Source: Blasia pusilla (Eukaryota). Taken from it: 64,000 nt of DNA. The translations under genes and the position numbers were made by a program. Below, piece after piece: positions 27,662-44,176 of the stretch; position 1 is the first letter of the stretch, and each line of letters starts with the position of its first letter. Location of the stretch: assembly GCA_050084515.1 (NCBI GenBank), contig CM114271.1:19902001-19966000 (forward strand). The letters run 5' to 3'. The notes beneath the pieces were generated by a model. The model had not been told where the DNA came from. It did not search any database and was given only the letters and a program-made list of their open reading frames with translations.

Positions 27662-28876
27662 CACGTATAAAAAGGCAAGTAGGTGCACCCTTGAATGATT
27701 GTCAAATAAAGTAATATTGAAAACAAGAGACATCCATATTGGAGATCCAATGATTGTGTACACGAAAGGTGTAATGCGGATATAATTGGATGAGCATTAT
27801 TCTTAGTTCATTGAGCATAATGTAACATTCCCATCATGAGGAAAGATTTCTACAAAAACATTGGTGTTGTTTGAGGAAATGTAAGAGGGTCAGTAACCTG
27901 CAGCGTAAAACAACATGTGAAGTTAGGTTTAATGTCCAAGGAGGAAGAAATTTGGTGTGAATAACCACTAAACTAAACTAATGTAGATATTATGGAGGCT
28001 ATGGGTGATTTTGGGGTTTATTATAAGATAAGTCTCAAACTATGAGAAAGTAAAATTTATCCATGAGGTTGAGGGGTAATTCCAAATTGACAAAAAGCCT
28101 TGATACAACCACAAGACATCAAATATAACAAAGCATGTCATAACACTTACACCAATTAAGATAAGTGTCATAAGACAAAACTTAGTCATAAAAGCAAGAA
28201 CCATATACAAGAACAAGGGGATGAGATAAGACGAGAAAAGAATTTCAAGTGAGCCTTGAGTCTAGAGAGATGCCCAAGTAATGTAGTTGAAGTGTTTAAG
28301 ATTCTCCAATGCAAACGGTCACCGGTTCAACCCCCAATATAGATAGTGAGAGATAGTCTTAACCCCCAAGTAGTAGCATCCCCTTCATAGGGCATGAATA
28401 ATCCATACTTGATAGAAAGATGTGACACTATAGCTATTCAAACAAGAGTTTATATTGTGGGTCAATAGAATAGCTACATTAGCAATTAGGAGTAGTGAGG
28501 CCAAACATGACCTACTAGTCTCCCTTGGTGACTTGTGTTTACAAGTAACCCTCTAGAGGCTACCTTGGAACCTCCTTGGAATTCTTTTGATGTTCTTGGT
28601 TTAGTTAGCAAGATATTATGATGGTTGAGGTAGCATGTGTGCACAAGTCAACTTCTCAAAGCCTTGAGGATGGCAAGGGGATATACCCCAAGTAGAGGCT
28701 TGAAGAGGCTCATCTTTCCATGATTGAGCCTTCCAATGCAAACACTTGCTAGGGCATGTTGTTATTAGCATTGCATTACATGTGGATCTCTTCTCTCAAA
28801 ATATGCACTTAACTCAATTTTAATGCAATGATTCAAATGTCATTGCATTACATTTGATTTTCACAATACAAAGATC

Positions 28877-28928
28877 ACAGTAAAATCAACCAGTGTGTAA
28901 ACACAGTAAAATCAACCAGTGTGTAAAC
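28877..28928. repeat. Tandem duplication of ~26 bp
   Basis: acagtaaaatcaaccagtgtgtaaac occurs twice in tandem. Confidence 0.8.
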
Positions 28929-31900
28929 TCCTTCGTCATTAAGTGTTAGACAGAGTTTCATTAGTATTAAGTAAGTTGGCTTAGAAAAAAGAGATTCTTA
29001 TGTTTAAACCTCTTTATGGTGCCTCTTTTATGCGGGCCCAACTTTAGGAAAAGGATGTAATAAATAAAAGATGATTTTATAAAAGTAAAGTAGTTGCTTT
29101 AATGAAAAGCAAAAGTAGTCTTGGTTGGTGGCTAGGTTAGTTGGGGTAATTTGGAAAATATCATGTGGGTAAAAGAGGATATTTGGAAGAGATAAGAGGA
29201 AATCTACTTGTGTCAAAATGTGATTGGCTAAGCCTTGAGAGGAAGCCATGTGGCACAAGATAAGATAAGCTCTATTTCGTACTCTTGTGGATCCCTTGTG
29301 AGTATATAAAGAGGAGGGACCTTCAAGGGTTCATCACCTTCTATTCCACATCTTGAGTCTCTCGTGTCTCTCTTGAGTGTATGGCTTTGGGATTGCTTGC
29401 TCTTCCAATGAGAGTGGATCACCCCTCTTGGGAGAGTAACTTGCCCATGGTCTATTCTTCGAGAGGTTTCTAGAATGTGTGTGTGTGTGTGTGTGGGGAT
29501 GAGAGGTTTGTCACCATAGAGGAGTTTAGTCATACTAAAATAGCGGATGTTTTGGCTTGTTACTTTCCCAATGAGAGTGGATTACCCCTCTTGGGAGAAT
29601 AACTCCGCCAAAACCCATTCTTGAGGAGAGTAGAGAATGTCTGTCAAGCATGGATAGGGGTGGAGCACGAGCTGTGCCCGACTTTCCTTTCCTCAATCCT
29701 TACCATGTCAAGGTACTCTTTGTAGATAGGCACTGGTTTACTCGCTATTTAGTTTATCACTTTGGGGAGGCGTTCATGAACCAGGTCATGCAATCTCCAA
29801 CTCCGGTGGTTCTTCCTATCGTCACATATGGAAGGACATGGGATTGTACTTTGTATGTCCTTATATAGCGATCCATGGATGTCAATAGGCCTGGTCAAGT
29901 AGGATTTAACACTAGTTGTGCTATCTTCCTCGTGTACAAGCGTAAAATAGTTTATAGGGATTTTATAATTAGGAATTTTGGGATCCGATGTTATGAAGAA
30001 GTGATCGCCTCGGCACTTCCATTTGTGATACCTATCGTGAGAGAATGGAGAGTGTACATCATAATTTTATATTGAAAAAGGAGAACTTATTAGAGAGTTC
30101 ACCTTGCATCGACCGCATCTACCGCAACTAGAAGGCCTGCCCTTGCTCGAAGAAAGATTCTCGACACCACAGCGTTAAGGAGAGGTTTAGTTATATGTGA
30201 GATGGTCATCACAGTGTAGGGTCCCAATATTGCTTCCATGCTCAAATCTCTAACATATTCTCCTACAAAAAATAAGCACAGTGAGGAAACCGCTCCTCGG
30301 GAGGAAACACTCAGAGGAAGGTTTCTGGGAGTGGTTCAAGAATACCACTAGATGAACTATCCCAAACCCCCATCCCAGATGTTCTTTTTGGATGGGATAT
30401 TGCTCTAATTCCCTAGTAGATTAGTATTGTTGATTGCTACATCTTCACTTTAGTGGAGCATTTTGTGTTATAGATTGTTGCACGATAGAATTAATCCGCT
30501 CTACATGGCGGAGCACCAAGAGAAAAAGGCAATCGTGGAGCGTATGGAGAAGTCAGAGGTAGGCCTCTCCCAGGCACATGGAGATGGTCTACGACCATCT
30601 TTAGTTTCACTTTCGTGAAGAGCAAGCAAGATACACATACAATGGCTCTAAGGATAGGGCCAACTATGGTTGATGAGGTAGCAATAGCTCAAGTCATGGG
30701 GCAAGGGCAAACCAAATCAAGGAGGAAGATTATGTTGATTCAATCTAAATATCCAAAAACGTAAAAGGCAAAGAAGTTTCGTTGCTTGATTGTTCGGTAG
30801 GTGTGCAAGTAGTGCATTTTTGTGCTTGATGTGCAAAATGGGGCTAGCATTTTTCAAACTACATGCAGATGATGATGAGTAGGTTCACTTCAGATCATCA
30901 TCATTGTATGACACCATCAAAATGTGAGACAATGTTGGGGGCTTCAAAGTTGTAAGAGAAGCAAGAAGCACAAGTGTTGGCTACAACAACACCCTAGACT
31001 ATGACATAGCTTCATGGATGATCATATTACAAAGGGAGTTGGCAGCAGTAGGAGACCTATTGATAGAGCAGGTATAAAAATAACAATTTGTGGAGGCATG
31101 TCGTTCGTCTCATGCATCAAAGAGAAATCATACCTTTGGTGAGTTCTCTAGAGAAGAGGCATTCAGATATGCCTTTGTAAGTATCTCTTACCTCATAGCA
31201 CCCTAGAAATGTAGGGTTAGTTAGTTTATATTTTACAACAATTACTTAACTATGTGGGTACCTTGTGTAGTTTACAAGGTGTTGCCATGGGGAGTTCCCA
31301 AGTCCTAAGGCTATGGATAATGTGCAACGGGTCCAAAAGACGAGAGGATGTCTTTATTGATCATGATATCTTAGCATTGATGGCAGGTTCCTAAAACTCT
31401 AGTCCTAATGTATTTTCTTCCATTAAGTTATTTTCAATATAGATACCAACTCCCATTGCCTATATGGTGCAACATGACATGTTGTAGCTTGGTTAACCAA
31501 ATGTAGAGGAGTTTCTTGATCGAAAATGGATATGGATGGAAATGTGGATTGGATCGGATCTATATACGTCATCAAATCGACTTGTAGGAGGAGAAAACCA
31601 CTTGGATGTTGGCTCCTACTATGAGGTTGAGGAGGACCAGGATAAGGAGATCTAGCTAAGAGAGCATCCAGATGCTCTAAGGCATATTAGGAGATCATCG
31701 TCGGATAGTGCACCTAGTGGATGCACGAGGCATGTCTATGGTAGGCATCGCCACACACGATTTAGTAGAAGTCGCCCCATCAGAACGACTACTTCCAAAA
31801 AACAAACACATACAACGAAATTGGCTATTGGAACGTCTTCAAGAACTAGATCTTCTATAGATCTAGTGTGGCCCTTCATGAATGGCACATTAGGTGCACA

Positions 31901-31962
31901 TCATTGATGTAGGTAAGAGTTTCAAAACTAGTGTCAATGTCATTGCATAAGGGATTTTATAC

Positions 31963-31967
<5 letters not shown>

Positions 31968-32020
<53 letters not shown>
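31968..32020. repeat. (CT)n microsatellite
   Basis: Direct reading; abuts the left end of retroelement copy 2. Confidence 0.95.
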
Positions 32021-32023
<3 letters not shown>

Positions 32024-32508
32024 GTGCGCATACACATCGTTATCACGGAATACACACACAAACACACAGGATCCCATGCTAACTCATGGCATCCAAACAA
32101 CAAGACAAGAAGTACTAAAATATCTCTAATAAAAGTAAGATCCAATCTTTGTCTACACCATCTCACACCATAGCTCTCAAAGGTGTGCACTCTCTCTCAT
32201 GTCAAACCAAACCCACTCTCCTAATGAGAAGTTTGGGTTACACTCACAAGGCAACGGAGCATAGCTCCGCCGCCTTATGCCAAGAGGTTCAACCCCTCTC
32301 CCAAGCTCTCTTCATGGTAACCTATTCTCCCAAGTCACCTCCTTGGCTCTTGACCTGATGTAGGAGGTCAAGGGCCACTTACCAAAAATATAAAGTCGAT
32401 CACATATTCAAAATGGTACTTACCTAAAATAGTAAGTTCCTCAATATGGCTCCAAATGAGCCGAAACGAAGGGAAAACATGCTCTCTCAATTTTTCAAGG
32501 CCTCAACA
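32021..32508 (-). mobile_element. 3' terminal repeat of retroelement copy 2: partial A' (~32130-32508) plus terminal B' (32021-~32130)
   Basis: 32160-32508 matches 43559-43949 in the same orientation (with a ~45-bp deletion) and the reverse complement of ~59300-59715. The minus-strand end ...gtgtatgcgcacaac resembles the copy-1 terminus ...gtatgcgcacgaca. Confidence 0.8.
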
Positions 32509-34065
32509 TGGACACCTGGACATGGTGGTAGAGCACCACCAACAGCCAGAGGAGATGGAACAAGAACACCAGAGTCGGAACTTCTCTCACGCATCGATCA
32601 GTTGGAGCAGAGGATTGTTGCCATGACGATGATACAGCTTAGGGAAGGCACGGAGTGCGAGCAGCTAGTGTGACTCCAGCTTCTATCTCTTACCCTGAGT
32701 TATGTATAGTGCAGCCCAAGTTGAGGCAGCTGTAGTGGTGACTCGGGGTGCTGGGAGAGGCACCGAGCCATTGAGAGGTGGAGTTGAGATGGACCCACTA
32801 GAGGGGACCGATGGGCGGCAGGCCAGTGTTCCATAGTCATTCACATTGTCGGAGGCACTACACACACCATCGATGGTGCCTCGACGACCAGCGGTGCCTA
32901 TAGCTCAGGCACTTAGGTCGGCGTCACGAGGGGTTGGAGTGACAACTCCTATGCCGGCTCGAGTGGAGTCACCGTCGACCACAGTGTTGGAGGTGGCCAC
33001 TAGAGTGAGTCAGACTCCACTATTTTCCGCCATAGAGTTGGCGACGTTGGGAGTTGGACCAGTTGAGGTGTTATGGCTGGCCGCCACGTTGTGTGAGCGT
33101 GGAGAGGTGACTGCTTCTTGTTTAGAGGTAGTTGAGGAGGTGGTGGACTTGCCCTCAAAGCCGCTGCTCGGGACGTTCCCCATAGAGTCATAGCATGTGG
33201 CAGCGGCGAAGTTAGTAGATATGCCAGCTCAACCGGCCATAGAGCGAGCAGTGGTGACACCTGGAGTAGTGTTAATGGATAACCGAGTTGGAGTATTTTG
33301 ATTGGTTAGTCCGACGGGGATAGTATACCACTCGTAGCTCGTCCTACTTGATTCGGGAGCGCAACCCTTGATGTTAGGGAAGGCGGCGTGTTTAGTGTTG
33401 GGGTTACGGAAGGCTGATATTGAGCCTTGTCCCTTCCAGATAAAGACCTCAATCGGGGGCGTGTCATCCACGCAGTATCTGACTTGACAGGAGATAGTTG
33501 TCAGAGTCCAGCCAGAGCATGCGACGGATAGTGCTATGGTGCGCACACGTGCGATTACAACACCAGCTCAGTCGTACGATGTGTTGGTGGGGAGTACATT
33601 GTTATATCCCCTAGGATTCATCATTGACTTCTGGGAGGAGACCGTTGCTTATCGGCCAAGGTGGAGTTCAGGTGAAGACCGGATGATGCAGTTACCCGTG
33701 CAATTTGCGGGATGAGGTGGTCGATCACAAGGCGAGTCTATGACCACGTTGGCAGCTTTCACAGGTAGTGTTAGCTGGCCAGGAGAGTTGTTGGAGGGGA
33801 ACGCACATGCAGAGGATGTCCCAGTAGCGGATAGTTCCACGAAGAGACAGGCCATGACGGTTATCTCTTCCCATATTGGCGAGACCTCTTCACCATTATG
33901 GGATACGACTCGAGAGCTATAGAGGAGTGCCGACGACCTCGTGAGGCAGGCGTGGAGTCATGCTTTTATCCCGGAGCAGCGAGAGTCACGTGGCGATCGG
34001 GCTCTTGTAGTGGAGACGTTGACCCCACTAGATACCACCCCCGCCGTGTGGCAGTGCCTGAGGAG

Positions 34066-35020
34066 GGTGTTAGGGTGTTAGATCTCTTCGGAGGGATTAG
34101 CACCGGATTGGCTGCAGTATTGCAGGCGGGCATACGGGTGCATCAATACCTTTATGTGGAGAGAGATGAGATCGCATGGCGAGTATCATTACGTCACGTG
34201 GCGAGATTGGTCCAGAGGTATCCTGAGTTGTTGCCGGTAGCTGTAGTACTGGGATATCAGCATACACTACCCGCCGACATCTCTTTGGTGGGTGCGCAGG
34301 ATCTGGATAGAGTTGGCACCATTCATTTGGTGATTCCTGGATGGCCATGTCAGGGTCATTCATCAGCTGGCCGAGGATTTGGATTGCAGGAACCGAGGTC
34401 AGGGATGTTTTGGGAGATGCTACGAGTAGTTCAACACTTGCATGAGAGTCAGACATGTTCTCCAATCTACATTTTGGAGAACGTGCCATTTTTTGGAGAC
34501 ACTCGTGCACGTGTGATGACAAATGTGCATCAGGTGAGGTCTTGGTTGGGACCTGCTGTGTTATTAGATGCGGCAAGAGTTGGATCACATGCCCATCGTC
34601 CATGACTGTGGTGGTCAAACCTGATACCATGAGAGGTACTGAGTCGAGCATACGATGGAGTCCAGAGAGCACCACATCTCACAGTGGATGATATTTTGGG
34701 CTCAGGGCGTCGATCTCAGGTGGTGACACGGGATGATAGACCACCGTTCGCCATGGCCAATAGGGTGGGGGATTTGAGGGCAGCCTTACCTACGTTGGTG
34801 AGCTTCCCAGCATCCCATGCCTTTCGTCAAGGAGGGCCAGGCATGATTTGGGATGAGGTGACCGAAGCATTGGAGGAGCCTATAGCAGATGAGCGCGAGC
34901 GCGCCATGGGGTTCGCTACCGGTACTACGGCCGTGCTAGGGATGACTGAGGCATCCCGGAGATAGGTGTTGGGGCAGGCGATGGACCTCAACTGTCTCAC
35001 ATGGATAGTCAGCCTAGGTA
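34066..35020 (+). pseudogene. DNMT3-like DNA (cytosine-5) methyltransferase domain inside the retrotransposon pol polyprotein, with in-frame stops
   Basis: Motif I VLDLFGGIS (34075), II YVE, III DI, IV GWPCQ (catalytic PC at 34345-34350), VI ENV (34477), VIII AHRP*LWWSNL (34591), IX ERERAMGF, X RR*VLGQAM. Same reading frame as the downstream RT fragments (33898, 34684, 35320, 35686, 35890 and 36103 are all in frame). Confidence 0.9.
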
Positions 35021-35319
35021 TGACTGAGCAGAGATGGATGTGAGTGTCATCCATGCCGTCACGTCCACGAGTTGGACCATTGCCTACAGTGTCTGTACAT
35101 GCATTGGATGGGGGCGAGAGGAGGAGAGATAGGCACCCATGGACTTCCTGGGACGTCGTTTGAGCAGAGAGTGCAAAGGCGGCCAGAGTAGCACATGTTC
35201 ATTTTTTGGATGTAGAGCATGGTGTAGGAGGTCAGAATGGAGTGGTTGTTGCGGAGATGGCTAGGGTTGCTACATAGCAACCAAAGCCGCAGGTTGCGTC
35301 CTTTCTGAGTGAGGTCACG

Positions 35320-36640
35320 ATGGAGACTTGGGAGCCTATGATAGGTCTCAAGTTGATAGGAGGAGAGCGACGGCAAGTTCATAGGTTTCTGAGAGGGCAT
35401 GTCAATTTTTTTGCCTTCAATATGAGAGACTTGGGTACGCTGAAGGGTCCCTGGATACGGATTGAGTTGGCTAGTGATACGCCAATCTTTCGTCGACCCT
35501 ATAGGTATTCCGATATGGAGCGAGCCTTGATTCAGAGCAAGAGTCAGGACTTGTTGGAGGTAGGACTTGTGGAGTTATCACATGGGGAGTATGCATCTGC
35601 CACAATCATGCCGGCGAAGAAGGATATGTATGGCAATTGGACGGATAGGCGGATATGTGGAGATTACCGTCCTATCAACCGATAGATGAGGTCAGATCGG
35701 TACGCCATGCCTACTCTTGAGGAGATCTTTGATGCGGTAGGGCATGCAAAGATTTTCAGTACTTTAGATCTCCGTGATGGCTATCATCAGCTTCCTATTA
35801 GGTTGGAGGACAGGGAGAAGATAGCATTATGGGGGATAGATCAGTTCGGGAGAGATTGCTTGTATCATTAGCGGTTCTTACCATTTGGGTTGAAGAACGC
35901 GCCTGCAGAGTTTGAGAGAGTGATGGATAGGATTCTAGCTGGCTTGGATTTTGTACGATGTTACATAGATGATATTCTTATCTTCAGTTCCAGGGTTGAG
36001 GAGCATGAGCGAAACTTGGAGGAGGTGTTTCGGCGATTGCAATTACATGGACTGAAGTTACATCCATGCAAGTGCAGATTCTTTCAGGAGTAGATTGAGT
36101 ACTTGGGACACACCATATACCCGAGTGGGTTAGGCATTCAGCAGACGAAGGTAGAGTCTGTTGCGCAGATTCCACGCCCTACAGATGTGAGTCGAGTCCG
36201 AGCATTTTCTGGGCTGGCGAACTTCTATCGACGATATGTCAAGGGTTTTAGTGCGATCGCAAAGTCTTTGATCTTGTTGACGAGACTTGATCGGGTTTGG
36301 TTGTGGGGAGATGATCAGGAGCGAGCATTTCAGGAGCTCAAGGACATATTGACCTCCTCACCCATTTTACAGAGACCAGTTAGGGGTCGCCCATTCTAGT
36401 TACATACGGATTGGAGCATGTTGGGTCTAGGAGCAGTGCTTACTCAGAGGGATGACGAGGGAGAGTGCTTGGCTGCAGTGTGGGCCGTGGCACATTTCAG
36501 GTGTTATTTATTCGGCAACCCTTTCACACTTATCACCGATCATCAGCCGTTGAGGTGGTTGATGGAGTCCGACAAGCTTACGAAAAGCTTGTGAGATGGG
36601 CTCTATTACTACAGGAGTATGAGCTGGTTCATAGGCCAGG
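35320..36640 (+). pseudogene. Reverse transcriptase / RNase H of retroelement copy 1
   Basis: ORF fragments 35320-35685, 35686-35871, 35890-36093 and 36103-36399 with RT motifs including YIDD; RNase H carries a 72-bp deletion relative to copy 2. Confidence 0.92.
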
Positions 36641-37059
36641 TCGGCTAAAAAGGATGCGGATGGGTTGCGTCGTAACCCATGTCCGAGTCAAAGAGACGAC
36701 ACAGGAGCTCGATGGCACGGAGAGAGTGATGAGGAGATGGTGCCCGGTTGGCATGCATCTGCCTATCTTTGTTGGTTGACTATGGCAGGTCAGCCATAGG
36801 TGATGACTCTAGTGGTGGGGTTGGATGATGAGTCTTTGGATCCATAGGTTAGTGAGGAGGCAACAGATGGTCGTGATATCCATGACGACGTGGAGGTTGT
36901 GGAGTTCTTGTGCACTGGCGTCATAGCGAGTACAGTGAGTGCTAGGGAGCGGGATCGGATCCTACAGAGAGCCAGGAGGTTCAGGTGGGAGGGGACTCAC
37001 ATTTTGCGGGTCTGGGGAGATGGTAGGATACGAGTGGTACCTCATCCTTCCCAGAGAGC

Positions 37060-38317
37060 ACGTGTAGTGCAACATGCCCATGAGGAGTTGTGATATTTTG
37101 GAGTAAAGCGTACTTACAACTTACTTCAAGTTCAGTATTGGTGGCGCGACATGCATACTGGGGTACAGTAGTTTGTGGCCAGATGTATGGTATGTGACAG
37201 AGTGCGAGCATCCTTCAATGCTCCCACTCCGCAATTACATCCTTTGCCGATTATGGGTTTAGATTATCGGTGGAGTTTAGACTTTGGGGGACCTTTGCCA
37301 TTGACGGGGCATCATCATAGGTACGTGTTGGTCATGATGGAGCATTTCTCCAAGTGGATAGAGTTGGTGGCACTACTAGATAAGGCGAGCAAGGGAACAG
37401 CTTATGCATTTCTAGATCGTGTGCTTAGTCACTTTGGTGCACCGGCGGAGGTGTTAACTGACCAGGGTACAGAAGTCAGGGGAGAGTTTCAAGCCTTGTG
37501 TGATCATGCGCTGATAGATCACTATACCACGTCCAGAGATCATCCTGAGGCGGATGGGTTGGCGGAGAGAGTGGTACAGACGGTGAAGAGAGGATTGCGC
37601 AAGTATGGCTTGCAGCGGGGACAGTTGAGGGAGTAGGACCTATAGTTTCCATGGTTGGCTATGGGTTATCATTTTAGTTGGCAGGCATCCTTGGCGTCAT
37701 TTTCACCGTATTTTTTGCTCTTTGGGAGAGAGCCAGATTTACATGCAACGATTCGACGTGACATGAAGGAGGTGTTAGATCTTGATGATCCAAATGTGTG
37801 GGTACAAGCATGTTCTTAGAGGGCGGAGGTTTTTTGTAGAGTTATGCCTATGGCCTTTGAGAACTTAGCTATTGCCCAGCATAGAGATACATTGAGGTAC
37901 GCGACCATTCGTGAAGGAGGTTATCGTCCAGGGATTAGGAGTTTTCATCTTGGAGATTACGTGTATTTATAGCAGGCGGCACCCACGACACTAGATGTCA
38001 CTACAGGGCACAAGATCCTACGTGTGCGCGAGGTATTACCGTCCGGAGTCCTCATGTTGGAGGCATAGGATGGTATGGTTTGGAAGGATCATGTGCGCAA
38101 TTGTGCGCAATGTCATCTTTCGAACGTAGATGGGATGGTGGATCCGAGCTTGGAAGTGGTACCTGCAGGCTTGAGGTGTATGTTGTGCGGATCTACGAGG
38201 GGTGCAGCCATCATGTTGGTATGTGATGGTTGTTCTCGAGGGTGGCATATGTCATGTCTGAACCCCCCTCTTGATGTGGTTCCCACGAGACGATGGATGT
38301 GTCCGAGATGTGTATAG
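37060..38317 (+). pseudogene. DDE (rve) integrase with C-terminal PHD finger
   Basis: HAHEEL...CMVC zinc-binding region, WSLDFGGPLP, EHFSKW, VLTDQGTE, HPEADGLAERVVQTVK. PHD: CMLC...CDGC...WHMSC...WMCPRC. Confidence 0.9.
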
Positions 38318-38393
38318 GGTAGTAGGTCATGTTAAAGAGATGTGATGGTTTCTATCTAGAGTTGGGGGGATCCAACTTCCAGCTAGGAGGGCG

Positions 38394-39153
38394 GTTGTGT
38401 GATCTCCATGTATATGTATGAGTTGATTTTTGTACATGTGTGGATCGATCCGTGTTTAGGGAAGATCGGTGTTGTGTGGTGTAGATGTGACCAACAATAT
38501 ATGTTGTGTAGGGGTATGTATGCGCACGACAGCTGTCACATCTGAGTAGCCGATAGGCCAAGATCTATTATGGATAGGGCGTAGGAGCCAGCGGACTATC
38601 TTGAGTGTAACTTTGTCCCACGGTGTCGGATGAGGTTGAGGATAGGTCCATTGTGTCAGGAACGTCGTTTCTAGAAACTTTCATGTTGAGGTCTTTCACA
38701 GTCGGATGACTTGTTGACCAGGTCATCCGCCCTTGGTAACCTGTGCGTGCAGGTTACCAAGGGGAGGGCTATTTTTAGAGAAAGAGCCTTTTGGCTCTTC
38801 CCAACCCTATATAAGAGAGGAAGGTGGCTTTTCTAAGCCATCTTTCTCATGTTGGGCTGTTGGAGCACCTCTCTTGTATATGTGTGAGATAGAAATAGGG
38901 TGCTAGCGTCCGGATTCCTTGATAGCACAGGGTGGACGAGGCTCGATATGCCGATGTAGATTGAGGAGTGGAGTTTTAGGCCAGGTGTGCCGTTTTTACT
39001 ACTCTTTATTTTTTGTTGTGTAATCTCCATGTATATGTATGAGTTGATTTTTGTACATGTGTGGATCGACCCGTGTGTGGGAAAGATCAGTGTTGTGTGG
39101 TGTAGATGTGACCAACGATGTATGTTGTGTAGTGATATGTATGCGTCACGACA
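38394..39153 (+). repeat. 3' terminal structure of copy 1: B1 (38394-38531), gc spacer, A (38534-39014, starts TGTCAC, TATA-like ctatataag near 38807), B2 (39015-39153, ends CA)
   Basis: ~138-bp direct repeat gttgtgt(g/a)atctccatgtatatgtatgag...atgcg(t)cacgaca at a 621-bp offset; junction gacagctgtc. Confidence 0.85.

Positions 39154-44176
<5,023 letters not shown>

Larger units (their letters stand above)
25200..31930. mobile_element. Highly degenerate, AT-rich transposon-derived region, probably old LTR-retrotransposon remnants
   Basis: No long ORFs and apparent CpG depletion. Degenerate direct repeats at ~25530-25645/~25792-25908 and ~29403-29448/~29565-29610. A TATA-like tatataaag near 29303 and (GT)n at ~29476-29494. 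Family not identifiable by eye. Confidence 0.4.
32509..39153 (+). mobile_element. Ty3/Gypsy-type retrotransposon copy 1 (5'-truncated, decayed): protease-DNMT-RT-RNaseH-integrase-PHD, then polypurine tract and B-A-B terminal repeats
   Basis: Protease VLLDSGAQP at 33341; C5-MTase motifs at 34075-35010; RT (RICGDYRPIN, LDLRDGYHQ, PFGLKNAP, YIDD at 35962); RNase H (LHTDWS, LITDHQPL); integrase (H...CMVC, WSLDF, LTDQG, DGLAER); C4HC3 PHD at 38177-38311; purine tract aggagggcgg at ~38385-38394; ends ...gtcacgaca at 39153. RT-RH-IN order is Ty3/Gypsy. Confidence 0.93.

Noticed and set aside
34097-34675. Antisense and alternative-frame ORFs over the retroelements and genes (for example 34097-34675, 40879-41415, 62813-63343, 11171-11629)
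   Set aside because: They are shadow ORFs of real coding sequence with no recognisable motifs.
33898-35020. The methyltransferase as a host DRM/DNMT3 gene or a bacterial restriction-modification contaminant
   Set aside because: It is intronless, in frame with RT and flanked by protease, and it recurs at the same position in three retroelement copies. The motif order is not DRM-permuted and there is no nuclease partner.
32509-39153. Classification as a DIRS/PAT/Ngaro tyrosine-recombinase element because of the split repeats and methyltransferase
   Set aside because: An aspartic protease and a DDE integrase are clearly present, and I saw no tyrosine-recombinase motifs.
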